Under the pieces are notes generated by a model. It worked only from the letters and a program-made list of their open reading frames with translations, searched no databases and had not been told where the DNA came from. Source: an uncultured Candidatus Saccharibacteria bacterium (GTDB taxonomy: Bacteria; Patescibacteriota; Minisyncoccia; Minisyncoccales; UBA1441). Taken from it: DNA of 62,434 nt. The position numbers were made by a program, and so were the translations under genes. The stretch covers positions 1 through 62,434 of the forward strand of contig CAZYFS010000002.1 of assembly GCA_964647465.1 (NCBI GenBank), given 5' to 3'. Shown one piece after another: positions 39,571-48,930 of this stretch (position 1 is its first letter; each line of letters starts with the position of its first letter).

Positions 39571-40665
39571 TTAAGAACGCTTACCATTCTTGGGTAATCG
39601 GGCATCCTTTTTCGAAAGAAGAATTGTCTGAGTTGGGTAGGCAAAATTAATCCCCTCTTTTTCTAGTTTTTTCTTAAGAGCAAGATTTATTTCTTGTTGA
39701 GCATCCATATAGAGACCATAATCCGGAATCAACATATAATAAACTACTTTAAATATTAGAGCTGATTCCCCTAGTTGAGAAAAATGCACCCTGTCAATCT
39801 CTATTGACTCAATTTCCTTCATAATATCCTTCACCATGTCAGGAATCTTCTCTAGTTTTTTTGCCGAGGTATCATAAACAACCCCAAAAGAAAACTCTAT
39901 TCTTCTCTTCTTCATTTTCCGATAATTTTTGATGCTCTTTTCAACCAACTCTTGATTAGGAACAACTAATTCCTCTCCCTGTAATGTCTGAAGGCGCGTT
40001 GATTGAATTCCTATCTTTTTGACCATCCCTGTTTCTTTGCCAATAGCAATAAAATCTCCTGTTTCAAAAGGCTTATCAAAATAAATCGAAAAACAGGAAA
40101 AAACATCGGTTAAAATTCCTTGAAGAGCAAAGGCTATAGCTACTCCTCCTATTCCCAACCCAGCAATCAGAGTAGTTACCTTAAAGCCTAGATTTTGGAG
40201 AAGGATTAAAATAATTACTATCCAAAGAGTTATTTTTATTACCCGGCCTAACAAAGAGACAATCGAATGATCCATTCCCTTTTCCCCGTTTCTTTTCTTC
40301 TTTGCTAAGACCACCATGCCAACATCTACTAGGGCTTGCAAAATCCTTATCATATAATAAGCGGCAACAATCAGCAAGATATAAGAAAAATATTGATTAA
40401 CTTGATTAGATAAATAAAGAAAACGAGAACCCACCCATAACGAAAAACATAAATGAAAAGGCCATTTCAATAAATTAACAATTTTAACGAACGTTTCTAT
40501 CACCTCAAGGTCTTTTTCCTCCCCTATTCGCCGAATTTTCCTAACTACAACACTCTTGAATAACTTAATTAAGATAATAGTCATTATTAAAACTCCGCCA
40601 GCGATAAAATACTTCTCAAGAGTATTACCCGCAAAATTATATTCTAATATTTGAAAAAAATTCAT
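39571..40665 (-). CDS. mechanosensitive ion channel, MscS family (paralog of 33774..34787)
   Basis: 364 aa with KPFETGDFIAIGKETGMVKKIGIQSTRLQTLQGEELVVPN. Confidence 0.8.
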   Translation of the reverse strand: MNFFQILEYNFAGNTLEKYFIAGGVLIMTIILIKLFKSVVVRKIRRIGEEKDLEVIETFVKIVNLLKWPFHLCFSLWVGSRFLYLSNQVNQYFSYILLIVAAYYMIRILQALVDVGMVVLAKKKRNGEKGMDHSIVSLLGRVIKITLWIVIILILLQNLGFKVTTLIAGLGIGGVAIAFALQGILTDVFSCFSIYFDKPFETGDFIAIGKETGMVKKIGIQSTRLQTLQGEELVVPNQELVEKSIKNYRKMKKRRIEFSFGVVYDTSAKKLEKIPDMVKDIMKEIESIEIDRVHFSQLGESALIFKVVYYMLIPDYGLYMDAQQEINLALKKKLEKEGINFAYPTQTILLSKKDARLPKNGKRS

Positions 40666-40774
40666 ATAATTATCTTTAAATTACGCCTAAGCAGTATAAC
40701 AAAATCTTTCTAAAATTCAAAAAAGTTTTTTAAAATCTTCAATAGGATTAATTAAGCTCTCTTCATTCATCCCC

Positions 40775-40803
40775 TTGACAAATACAACAAAACATTTTAT
40801 TAT
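40775..40803 (+). promoter_or_regulatory. sigma70-like promoter for the plus-strand secreted-protein operon
   Basis: TTGACA (40775-40780), a 17-nt spacer, then TATTAT (40798-40803). It is followed by the SD AAGGGGG at 40823-40829. Confidence 0.45.
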
Positions 40804-40831
40804 TAAGAAATGTTCATTACAAAAGGGGGCG

Positions 40832-41128
40832 ATGATGAATCGTTTTGCTCTAGCAGCATTGCTATTGATGTTGTCGATATTGGGAATAATCACCTTGACG
40901 ACTGGAGCCCAAGCTTTCTATCGGATAGAAGCGGAAACACAGGGCCCATCACTAACACTAAGACATGTTCCCGTCTCTCAACCTCTCTCGGAAAATTCTG
41001 CTGAATCGAAGAGTCGCTTTGGGGCGATAGGAGTAGTTTTCATTGATATTGGTGTTCTGCTCGGTTTAGCAAATGTGATGGGATTTTTTGATACGAAGAA
41101 AAGCGTTACAAAAAGGAGGGCGCTATGA
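40832..41128 (+). CDS. small secreted/anchored protein, unknown function
   Basis: I place the start at ATGATG 40832, 2 nt downstream of the AAGGGGG SD (40823-40829). The 98-aa product has a signal peptide (MMNRFALAALLLMLSILGIITLTTGAQA) and a C-terminal TM helix. Confidence 0.5.
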   Translation: MMNRFALAALLLMLSILGIITLTTGAQAFYRIEAETQGPSLTLRHVPVSQPLSENSAESKSRFGAIGVVFIDIGVLLGLANVMGFFDTKKSVTKRRAL

Positions 41129-41940
41129 AAAAGTGTCTTGTTGGAATGGTGTTGTTGTTAGTAGTAATCTCGTTGGCGATTGGAGCTCAATCCTCTCTCC
41201 GATTTGATGTAATACCGAACCTTCCGATGGTGAGAGAATCAACTAGTTTCATTTCTTGGTTCACCCCTGACTACGATATCCACTGGAGCGTAAACAACGT
41301 CCCAGCCGGAATCGGACAAAAGATCGAATACACTTTTCCTTCGATGGGAACATATGCGATCGTCATGGAAGTTTTCCGGGAATCCCGTTTGATTTACATG
41401 GAAGGGCGAATGGTGCAGACGCAATACTCGCCGCCGGGATACAATCCTAGTCCGCCGAAAACAGTCTCGATGACAATTGTCAGCACTCTGTCTCCTCCCC
41501 AGTTCGATGTGATGCCGCATTTTCCGACAGTGGGAGAACCAACCAGCTTTATTTCTTGGTTCACCCCTGGCTACGATATCCACTGGAGCGTAAACAACGT
41601 CTCAGCCGGAGTCGGACAAATAATCGAATATGTCTTTCCTTCGATTGAAACATATTCGGTTGTAATGGAGGTTTTCCAGGGGCCGAATCTGATTTACACG
41701 GAAGAACGAGCGGTGCAGACACAGTATTCACCGCCGGGATACAATCCTAGTCCGCCGGAAATCCCTTACGTCCCTCCAGAAACCCCCTATGTTCCGCCGG
41801 AAACTCCTTATGTTCCGCCGGAAACTCCTTATATTCCTCCGGAAATCCCCGATGTTGATCTGGGAGGTTTCTCCCCCACATCATTAGTGGGATTGCTCTT
41901 TCTCATCCTCGGTGCTTTCTTGTTGTTGCAGGAACAATAA
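41125..41940 (+). CDS. cell-surface protein: signal peptide, two tandem PKD-like domains, a PPETPYV repeat stalk and a C-terminal TM anchor
   Basis: 271 aa with two ~100-aa repeats (FDV.P..P.V.E.TSFISWFTP.YDIHWSVNNV.AG.GQ.IEY.FPS..TY..VMEVF...LIY.E.R.VQTQYSPPGYNPSPP). These are followed by 5 x PPE(T/I)PY(V/I) and then LVGLLFLILGAFLLL. Confidence 0.6.
   Translation: MKKCLVGMVLLLVVISLAIGAQSSLRFDVIPNLPMVRESTSFISWFTPDYDIHWSVNNVPAGIGQKIEYTFPSMGTYAIVMEVFRESRLIYMEGRMVQTQYSPPGYNPSPPKTVSMTIVSTLSPPQFDVMPHFPTVGEPTSFISWFTPGYDIHWSVNNVSAGVGQIIEYVFPSIETYSVVMEVFQGPNLIYTEERAVQTQYSPPGYNPSPPEIPYVPPETPYVPPETPYVPPETPYIPPEIPDVDLGGFSPTSLVGLLFLILGAFLLLQEQ
41200..41757 (+). repeat. tandem 300-nt intragenic duplication (two PKD-like modules)
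   Basis: The identical 22-mer ccactggagcgtaaacaacgtc occurs at 41280 and 41580. The flanks are colinear with substitutions. Confidence 0.85.
41753..41857 (+). repeat. 5 x 21-nt tandem coding repeat (PPETPYV)
   Basis: The units are ccgccggaaatcccttacgtc, cctccagaaaccccctatgtt, ccgccggaaactccttatgtt, ccgccggaaactccttatatt and cctccggaaatccccgatgtt. Confidence 0.9.
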
Positions 41941-41953
41941 CGAAAAACCGCAT

Positions 41954-42012
41954 GCCAGTCCTTCTGTTTAGCCATTATGTGGCAACGGATCGACTGGCGT
42001 TTTTTATTTTAG
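41954..42012 (+). terminator. terminator-like structure after the surface-protein gene
   Basis: The arms gccagtc (41954-60) and gactggc (41992-98) pair, with an inner gcca/tggc stem. GTTTTTTATTTT follows. Confidence 0.4.
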
Positions 42013-42027
42013 AATAACAATAATTTA

Positions 42028-42570
42028 CTAAGCTTTTTGTTTTTTTGCTAAAAGTTTTTCTACTACCAAGCCGTCAATAATTGAAAACAGTATCATATAG
42101 ATAGTAAGCACCAAAACAAAAGGAAAACCAAAATAATAAATCATTATTGGCAAAAAAGGCGCTTTGACTGCTCGACTATTAAGAAAAGCAACAATTAAAG
42201 AATCTTTCGTTCCTTTTTGTCGCAAATCATGAAGCAAAGGATGCCATAAATATATTGGCCCGGCCGACAAAATTCCTCCGATAATCATGAGAATCCAACC
42301 TTTGTATCCCGAAGATGTTCCCAAAACACGAACAACTCTTCTTGGACTGAAAAACAATTTTGAAACAAGAAGCAAAATAAAAACTGTAGCAAGCACTGGT
42401 ATGATCTTAAGAAGAAGTCCGCCAAAAACCGAAAATATTTCCAGAGCTAAAGAAAAATTAAAAAGAGATATCATCAAATAGACAAATGAGACCACTGACA
42501 AAAAAATCCACCGGCCATTGTTTCGAACAATTATTTTTATCTGTTTTTCTTTCTTTTCTTCTTTTCTCAT
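42028..42570 (-). CDS. integral membrane protein (putative permease half)
   Basis: 180 aa with ~4 TM helices. It overlaps the upstream membrane gene by 4 nt, which suggests a two-gene permease. The family was not determined. Confidence 0.45.
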   Translation of the reverse strand: MRKEEKKEKQIKIIVRNNGRWIFLSVVSFVYLMISLFNFSLALEIFSVFGGLLLKIIPVLATVFILLLVSKLFFSPRRVVRVLGTSSGYKGWILMIIGGILSAGPIYLWHPLLHDLRQKGTKDSLIVAFLNSRAVKAPFLPIMIYYFGFPFVLVLTIYMILFSIIDGLVVEKLLAKKQKA

Positions 42571-43037
42571 AAAACAAAAGATAAAGTTAAAGCCGTCAGA
42601 GCAGCAATGATCATCGCCGTAACAAAACTAACTATATTCCGAGTAATAGCAAATTTTTTACCAAAGAGCGCTGATTCCATCGGTAATTGAACAATCCCAA
42701 CACTTACCCAAGCTAAAATAAAAGCAGTTACTGCCATTAAATTGACTCCCTGTTTCAATAATTCTCCTCCAATAATATAACCAACTATCGGGCTTCCAAT
42801 AGCAATGCTTCCCAAGGTTGTTCCAAGAAATAAATTTAAGACTTCTTTCCCTGGAGAAAAAATACGAAGATAAAAACTAGAAGGAATCAAAACTATCGAA
42901 AGACTGACAAGTAGCAACATTCCTAAGATATAGGGAATTGTTCTCTTGAACGTTCCGATCGTCTTTCTAAAACACTCTTTAAGTTGTTTAGAAAAATCGA
43001 AATATTTTGGTGTTTTTAAAAAATTAAGAGGAAACAT
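42567..43037 (-). CDS. integral membrane protein (putative permease half)
   Basis: 156 aa with ~4 TM helices. It is translationally coupled to 42028..42570. Confidence 0.45.
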   Translation of the reverse strand: MFPLNFLKTPKYFDFSKQLKECFRKTIGTFKRTIPYILGMLLLVSLSIVLIPSSFYLRIFSPGKEVLNLFLGTTLGSIAIGSPIVGYIIGGELLKQGVNLMAVTAFILAWVSVGIVQLPMESALFGKKFAITRNIVSFVTAMIIAALTALTLSFVL

Positions 43038-43485
43038 TTTTATTTTTAATATTTTGAGCTAATTTTTTTAATTCGACAATATCTTTTGATGGCCCAAGCT
43101 GCGTTGATAAATAACCTGGGTAATTATCAAAAAATATTTTTTGGGGTGATACTGTCTCTACAAATTTTTCATCTAAACCAAAAAGCGGGTAGAGTTTAAG
43201 ATGAGCATGGTTCACGCTTACTCCTTCCATAACCATTGCCACTCTTTTAACTTCTAGCCCTTGGCGTAAAAAACGCGCGACTTCTTTTGTCGCTAGCATA
43301 AATTGCTCATACTCTTTATTAGGCATGGTAAAAACATCGGAATCGTAATGTTTTTTTGGAATAACTAAAGTCATTCCCTTGACATTAGGATTAGAATCAA
43401 GTATCGCCATAAACTCCTCGTTTTCCCATATCTTTGCTGAATCAATTTCTCCTCGGACAATTTTGCAAAAAATACAATCTTCCAT
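43024..43485 (-). CDS. HIT-family nucleotide hydrolase/transferase
   Basis: 153 aa with CIFCKIV at the N-terminus and the histidine triad variant VNHAHLKLYP. Confidence 0.8.
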   Translation of the reverse strand: MEDCIFCKIVRGEIDSAKIWENEEFMAILDSNPNVKGMTLVIPKKHYDSDVFTMPNKEYEQFMLATKEVARFLRQGLEVKRVAMVMEGVSVNHAHLKLYPLFGLDEKFVETVSPQKIFFDNYPGYLSTQLGPSKDIVELKKLAQNIKNKNVSS

Positions 43486-43553
43486 ATTTAATATCTTTTA
43501 AAATATATATTACAAAGAATAGGATCAAAAATATCTTTAATTTTTTTCCTGAA

Positions 43554-44477
43554 TTAATTTCGTAAAAAATTAGAAATACTTTCTGCTGCGATCGCTCCTT
43601 CCGCGCAAGCAGTAATTGCTTGGCGAAAATTATTTGAACCGGTAGTGATATCCCCCGCACCCCACACTCCCAAGAGACTAGTTGACATATCCGACCGAGT
43701 TTCAACATAGCCATGATCATCAACTTTTAGTCCTAGCTGGGTAGACAACAAGATATTCGGAATAGATCCTATCTCAACAAATAAACCATCCAAATTTAAA
43801 ACATCTTTTCCTTTGTGAGGTTTACTCATCTCTACCCCCCTGAGACAATCATCGCCTAATAATTCTTTTATTTCAACATCAGGAATAATTTCAATCTTAG
43901 GATTCTTTTCCGCTTGCTCTATCCAAACAGAGTCTCCTTTCAGTTGTGACCCTCTATGTAGCTGGTAAACCTTCTCTGCTATTTCTGCTAAATAAAGAGA
44001 GGCAGTAGTGGCAGCATTCGCACCACCAACGACCCCAACTACTTTATTTTGATAAAACATCGCGTCACAAGTCGCACAATAAGAAATCCCTCGACCTGTG
44101 AATTTTTCTTCTTTCTCTAGTTGAAGTTTTCGGCGCTTACTCCCAATAGCCAAAAGAATTGTTTTTGCCTTGAACTCCTTGCCAGATTCGGTAGCAACAA
44201 GAAAATAATCATTTTCTTTCTTTAAAGACTTAACACTATCCATTATCATTTCTGTATTAAGTTTCTCAACTTGTTTTTTCATTTTTTCCATTAAATCCAT
44301 TCCACTGATTTCTATTTCCGAAGGATAGTTACATACCTTATGAGCCTCCGTTAATGTTCCTCCCCAAAGTTTGCTGATAATAAGGTGCTTTAATTTAAAA
44401 CGAGAAGCATAAAGAGAAGCTGTATATCCAGCTGGACCACCACCAATAATAATTAAATCATATTGTTCCTCTTTCAT
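43554..44477 (-). CDS. trxB: thioredoxin-disulfide reductase
   Basis: 307 aa with FAD-binding GGGPAGYTA, the redox CATCDA motif, NADPH-binding GGANAA and GDIT. Confidence 0.9.
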   Translation of the reverse strand: MKEEQYDLIIIGGGPAGYTASLYASRFKLKHLIISKLWGGTLTEAHKVCNYPSEIEISGMDLMEKMKKQVEKLNTEMIMDSVKSLKKENDYFLVATESGKEFKAKTILLAIGSKRRKLQLEKEEKFTGRGISYCATCDAMFYQNKVVGVVGGANAATTASLYLAEIAEKVYQLHRGSQLKGDSVWIEQAEKNPKIEIIPDVEIKELLGDDCLRGVEMSKPHKGKDVLNLDGLFVEIGSIPNILLSTQLGLKVDDHGYVETRSDMSTSLLGVWGAGDITTGSNNFRQAITACAEGAIAAESISNFLRN

Positions 44478-45703
44478 AGGTTTCCTCTTAGTTTTTCCGC
44501 TATTAAAATTCTTCTAATCGCAAGAATGTAAGCTGCTGTTCTTAGGTCTATTCCCCCTTTTTCCTGATGAAGAGCAAACACTTTCTGCCAAGATCGTTGC
44601 ATTTTCTCTGTTAATAATTTCTCTAAATAATTTCTATCTAAAATATTCCCTGTTTTGTTTTGAGCCCACTCAAAGTAACTACAAATTACTCCCCCAGCAT
44701 TAGCTAAAATATCAGGGATTATCAACGTCCCTTTTTTCGCTAACCGTTGATCTGCTTGATAATTAATCGGACCATTGGCAATCTCTACAATGTAATTAGC
44801 TTTAATCTGATCGGCATTTTTTTCGGTAATTTGATTTTCTAGAGCTGCTAAAACCAAGATATCAACGGGCAATTCCAATATTTCTTGATTATTAATTTTC
44901 TTTTCTTCCTCCAATTGTCCTCCGACTGAACCCGTTTGTTCTTTAATTTTTTCTATTCTTTCTACGTCCAATCCATTTTGATTATAAATCCCCCCCTGGC
45001 TATCACTAACTGCCACCACCTTAAAACCTGCCTCAAAAAGCATTTTTGCTAAATTAGCTCCTGCATTACCAAATCCTTGAACCGCCACTTTAATCTCTTT
45101 CTCCCCTGCCATTAATTCTTTAGCCATTTCTTGGATTACAATAAATCCTCCTTTGGCGGTAGCTGTTGCTCGAATAGCACATCCTTGTAGCTCCAATGGT
45201 TTACCAGTAATCATTCCTGGTTCATGTTTGTTCGTTTTCTTTTCGAACTCATCTAACATCCAGGCCATGATCTGAGAATTGGTATAAACATCAGGAGCCG
45301 GAATATCAACGTCTTCTCCTAGAACTTCATAAAAACTGTCGATGTAGGCTCGACTAATTTCCTCTATTTCTTCTGTCGTCTTTTCTTTAGGATTAAATTG
45401 GATTCCCCCTTTTGCTCCTCCGTAAGGTAATTCCGCCAAAGAAGTTTTTAAACTCATCCAAAAGGCAAGAGAAACTACTTCATCTTCTGAAACGTTTGGA
45501 TGAAATCTAATCCCACCTTTCCCCGGTCCCAAAACATCATTGAAAAGTATTCTCCAGGCAGAATATTCTTTCCCATCAACTTTTAATTGAACTTTTTTGA
45601 TTCTCTTGGGCTCTAACAATAATTTAATTTCTTTTTCTTCTAATCCTTCTATTGCTCCCACTTCTCTAATCCGTTTTTTAATATCATCAAAAATTTTAGC
45701 CAT
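44474..45703 (-). CDS. gdhA: Glu/Leu/Phe/Val-family amino acid dehydrogenase (glutamate dehydrogenase-like)
   Basis: 409 aa with the catalytic-region motif PYGGAKGGI and the Rossmann motif VQGFGNAG. Confidence 0.85.
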   Translation of the reverse strand: MAKIFDDIKKRIREVGAIEGLEEKEIKLLLEPKRIKKVQLKVDGKEYSAWRILFNDVLGPGKGGIRFHPNVSEDEVVSLAFWMSLKTSLAELPYGGAKGGIQFNPKEKTTEEIEEISRAYIDSFYEVLGEDVDIPAPDVYTNSQIMAWMLDEFEKKTNKHEPGMITGKPLELQGCAIRATATAKGGFIVIQEMAKELMAGEKEIKVAVQGFGNAGANLAKMLFEAGFKVVAVSDSQGGIYNQNGLDVERIEKIKEQTGSVGGQLEEEKKINNQEILELPVDILVLAALENQITEKNADQIKANYIVEIANGPINYQADQRLAKKGTLIIPDILANAGGVICSYFEWAQNKTGNILDRNYLEKLLTEKMQRSWQKVFALHQEKGGIDLRTAAYILAIRRILIAEKLRGNL

Positions 45704-45706
45704 GCT

Positions 45707-46045
45707 TCAATTTTCTCCAATTACCTCTTCTATTTCTCCTTGCAATGTTTCTTTCGCCCTTAATCCAACAAATTCTTTGATTACTTCTCCCCCTTTGAAC
45801 AACTTCATATTCGGAATACTTTGCACTTGATAATTCGTTGCTAATTGTTGATGAACAGGATTTGCAATATCCAGCTTAGCAAATTTGACCTTTCCTTCCA
45901 TTTCTTCGGCCAAAGCCTCAATCCCGGGAGCCATCATAAGACAAGGCTGACACCAAGGAGCCCAAAAATCAACAAGAACTGGAATATCCGACTCTAATAC
46001 TTCCTTAGCAAAATTTTGATCGTTTAATTGAATTGCTTTTGACAT
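45707..46045 (-). CDS. trxA: thioredoxin
   Basis: 112 aa with the WAPWCQPC active site. Confidence 0.9.
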   Translation of the reverse strand: MSKAIQLNDQNFAKEVLESDIPVLVDFWAPWCQPCLMMAPGIEALAEEMEGKVKFAKLDIANPVHQQLATNYQVQSIPNMKLFKGGEVIKEFVGLRAKETLQGEIEEVIGEN

Positions 46046-46082
46046 ATTAATTAGTTTAAATTATAACGAAATTAATTTTAGA

Positions 46083-46778
46083 CTATCTAACAATACACCT
46101 ATTAACATATTTATGTTGAAGAATTAAATGTTTTAATTTTTCTAACTCCTCGGTTGTTTTTGATTTCTCTTTTGCAAATTCTTTTTTTAATGTTTTTGTT
46201 CTTACAAATTTTTGTAGAACATAAAGTTTTGCTCCTGAGATTAAACTAGCTATCTTGATAATATCTTCATTAGTTAAAAGAGATTCTACTATCGTCGTTC
46301 GAAATTCATAATCCAAACCTGACTCCATTATAAGTTGAATGCTTTCTTTTATTTTTGTTAAATCAATCTTCGAAGCAGTTACCATCCGATATTTTTCCAA
46401 AGGAGCTTTGACGTCCATTGCCAAGTAATCAACGATCTTTTTTTTGAGAGCTTCTCGAATCACATCTGGGGAACTTCCATTAGTATCCAGTTTAATTAAG
46501 AATCCCATTTCTTTAATTTTTTCCAAGAAGGCCAAGAGATCTTTTTGCAGAGTTGGCTCACCCCCCGTTATTTCTACGGCATCCAGTTGACCTATTCTCT
46601 TTTCCAAAAAAGAAAAAATCTCTGTTTCGGGAATAGGAGGACCAAATTTTTGAGGATCAACCAATTCAACGTTATAACAATAAGGGCATCGAAAATTACA
46701 ACCCTGTGTAAAAATAATAGCACATATTTTCCCCGGGTAATCAATCAATGAAAACTTTTGAAATCCACCGATAAGCAT
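46083..46778 (-). CDS. nrdG: anaerobic ribonucleoside-triphosphate reductase activating protein (radical SAM)
   Basis: 231 aa with CNFRCPYC (CxxxCxxC). It lies directly downstream of nrdD. Confidence 0.9.
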   Translation of the reverse strand: MLIGGFQKFSLIDYPGKICAIIFTQGCNFRCPYCYNVELVDPQKFGPPIPETEIFSFLEKRIGQLDAVEITGGEPTLQKDLLAFLEKIKEMGFLIKLDTNGSSPDVIREALKKKIVDYLAMDVKAPLEKYRMVTASKIDLTKIKESIQLIMESGLDYEFRTTIVESLLTNEDIIKIASLISGAKLYVLQKFVRTKTLKKEFAKEKSKTTEELEKLKHLILQHKYVNRCIVR

Positions 46779-48868
46779 TACTTTAACTTAAAAGTTTTTC
46801 TTTCTTTAAATTCTTCTTCTTTCCCTTTATTCCATTGGCTAACCGGCCTTAGATAACCAACAGACCGGGAATAAACTTCTGTTCTTGCTCCGCATTCGGG
46901 ACAAATGGGTTGATTCCCTGATAAATAACCATGAGTGGGGCAAATACTAAACGTCGGAGTAAAAGTAAAATAAGGAAGATGATAATTATCACAAACTTTC
47001 TTAACTAAATTTTTAATAACCTCTCCATTGTTCACTCTTTCTCCAGCAAAAACATGAAGGACAGTTCCTCCGGTATATTTTTGTTGAATCTTATCCTGTA
47101 AATCTAGAGCCTCAAAAACGTCATCTGTGTAGTTTACTGGCAACTGAGTAGAATTCGTATAAAAAGGTTCCGCTCCTTTTTGATATTCTTCTTCATTGCC
47201 ACAAATGATATCAGGGATTTGTTTTTTATCTTTTAGAGCTAAACGATAAGACGTTCCCTCTGCTGGCGTTGCTTCAAGATTATAATTATTGCCGGTCTCT
47301 TTTTGGAACTGAATAAGTTTTTTTCTCATGAAATCGAGAACATCTAGTGCAAAAGTTCTTGATTTTAGATCTCCCATATTCTTTCCGAAAAGATTTAGAG
47401 TAGCTTCGTTCATGCCAATCAAGCCAATGGTAGAAAAATGATTTTTCCAATAAGAATCAAATTTTTGTTTAGCCGCCCGGAGATAAAATTTAGAATAAGG
47501 ATAGAGGTTGTCATCTGTCAATCTTTCTAAAACTTTTCTTTTAATCTCTAAACTATCTTTAGCTAGAATCATAAGTTTCTCCAGCCCCTTGAAAAATTCA
47601 TCTTTATCTTTAGAGAGATAACCTAAACGAGCCATATTGATTGTCACCACGCCGATTGATCCTGTTTGAGGATTAGCCCCAAAATAACCACCTCCCCTCT
47701 TCTGTAATTCCCTCAAATCTAACCTTAAGCGGCAACACATGCTTCGAACATCTTCTGGTTCCATATCTGAGTTTACAAAATTGGCAAAATAAGGTATTCC
47801 ATACTTTGCTGTAGCTTCCCAAAGATAATTTAATTGTTCGTCATCCCAATTAAAATCTTTCGTAATATTGTAGGTAGGAATAGGAAAAGTAAACACTCTC
47901 CCCTTGGCATCTCCGGCCAGCATTACTTCAAGGAAAGCCTGGTTTAACATATCCATCTCCTTCTGGAAATCACCATAGGTTTCCTTTTGTAATTCTCCTC
48001 CGATAACAACTGGCTGATCCTTGTAAACCGGAGAAGGTTTTAAATCCAAAGTGATATTAGTATAAGGAGTCTGAAAGCCCACTCTAGTTGGTACGTTAAT
48101 GTTAAAAACAAACTCTTGTAAAGCTTGTTTTACTGCCGGATAATCTAAATTATCAAATCGAATAAACGGAGCCAATAAAGTGTCAAAATTAGAAAGAGCT
48201 TGAGCTCCAGCCGCTTCTCCTTGAAGAGTGTAGAAAAAATTAACAACTTGTCCAAGAGCTGCTCGAAAATGTTTAGCCGGTTTGCTTTCTGTTTTGCCTG
48301 AAACCCCTTGAAATCCTTGCTTTAATAAATCTTGTAAATCCCAGCCAACGCAATAGACAGAAAGTGCTCCTAAATCATGAAGATGAAAATCTCCTCTTTC
48401 ATGGGCTTCACGAATTTCAGAAGGATAAATTTTACGCACCCAATAGATCTTGCTAACTTCTGAAGCTAAATAATTATTCAGCCCTTGTAGAGAAAAAGTC
48501 ATATTACTATTCTCTTTTATTTGCCAATCTTGACCACTTAAATATTGCTCTACTAAATCAACTGACATTTTATCTTTCATCTCCCGTAATCGAGCATGTT
48601 GTTCTCGATAAAGGATATAAGCCTTAGCTGTTTTACGATAAGGAGAGGATAAAAGAACTTCCTCTACTATATCTTGAATTTCTTCGACAGTGAGAACTTC
48701 ACGATCGATGACTTGTTGGGTTAAATTCACTACTTGAAGCGTTAGTTTCTGAGCTGCTTTCTCATCGAATTCTCCCGTAGCTTTTCCTGCCTTGCTTATT
48801 GCTTCAGTAATTTTCTTTAAATCAAATTTTACTACTCGGCCATCTCTTTTTTTGATCTTTTGAAACAT
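46778..48868 (-). CDS. nrdD: anaerobic (class III) ribonucleoside-triphosphate reductase
   Basis: 696 aa with an ATP-cone N-terminus (KRDGRVVKFDLKKI), a C-terminal Zn ribbon (CPTHG...CPECG) and the glycyl-radical motif RSVGYLRP. Confidence 0.95.
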   Translation of the reverse strand: MFQKIKKRDGRVVKFDLKKITEAISKAGKATGEFDEKAAQKLTLQVVNLTQQVIDREVLTVEEIQDIVEEVLLSSPYRKTAKAYILYREQHARLREMKDKMSVDLVEQYLSGQDWQIKENSNMTFSLQGLNNYLASEVSKIYWVRKIYPSEIREAHERGDFHLHDLGALSVYCVGWDLQDLLKQGFQGVSGKTESKPAKHFRAALGQVVNFFYTLQGEAAGAQALSNFDTLLAPFIRFDNLDYPAVKQALQEFVFNINVPTRVGFQTPYTNITLDLKPSPVYKDQPVVIGGELQKETYGDFQKEMDMLNQAFLEVMLAGDAKGRVFTFPIPTYNITKDFNWDDEQLNYLWEATAKYGIPYFANFVNSDMEPEDVRSMCCRLRLDLRELQKRGGGYFGANPQTGSIGVVTINMARLGYLSKDKDEFFKGLEKLMILAKDSLEIKRKVLERLTDDNLYPYSKFYLRAAKQKFDSYWKNHFSTIGLIGMNEATLNLFGKNMGDLKSRTFALDVLDFMRKKLIQFQKETGNNYNLEATPAEGTSYRLALKDKKQIPDIICGNEEEYQKGAEPFYTNSTQLPVNYTDDVFEALDLQDKIQQKYTGGTVLHVFAGERVNNGEVIKNLVKKVCDNYHLPYFTFTPTFSICPTHGYLSGNQPICPECGARTEVYSRSVGYLRPVSQWNKGKEEEFKERKTFKLK

Positions 48869-48901
48869 ATCTATTTATTTAGTAGTGATTAAAAACATTT
48901 C

Positions 48902-48928
48902 TGTCGACAAACGATTTTGTCGACAAAA
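48902..48928. promoter_or_regulatory. two TGTCGACA palindromes (candidate operator) in the nrdD 5' region
   Basis: tgtcgaca occurs at 48902-48909 and 48918-48925. The second copy extends to the perfect 14-nt palindrome ttttgtcgacaaaa (48915-48928). The sites lie 34-60 nt upstream of the nrdD ATG. Confidence 0.35.
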
Positions 48929-48930
48929 AT

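Noticed and set aside
41239-41583. A 114-aa minus-strand ORF inside the PKD-repeat gene
   Set aside because: It is an Arg-rich shadow frame of a GC-rich repeat. The plus-strand gene has a signal peptide, a domain repeat and an anchor.
41753-41857. A possible CRISPR-like or other non-coding repeat array (5 x 21 nt)
   Set aside because: The repeats are contiguous with no spacers. They are in frame and encode PPETPYV inside a surface-protein gene. No CRISPR array was seen anywhere in the window.
48902-48928. An NrdR box upstream of nrdD
   Set aside because: The TGTCGACA palindromes do not match the NrdR box consensus as I recall it. They are kept only as an unassigned candidate operator.
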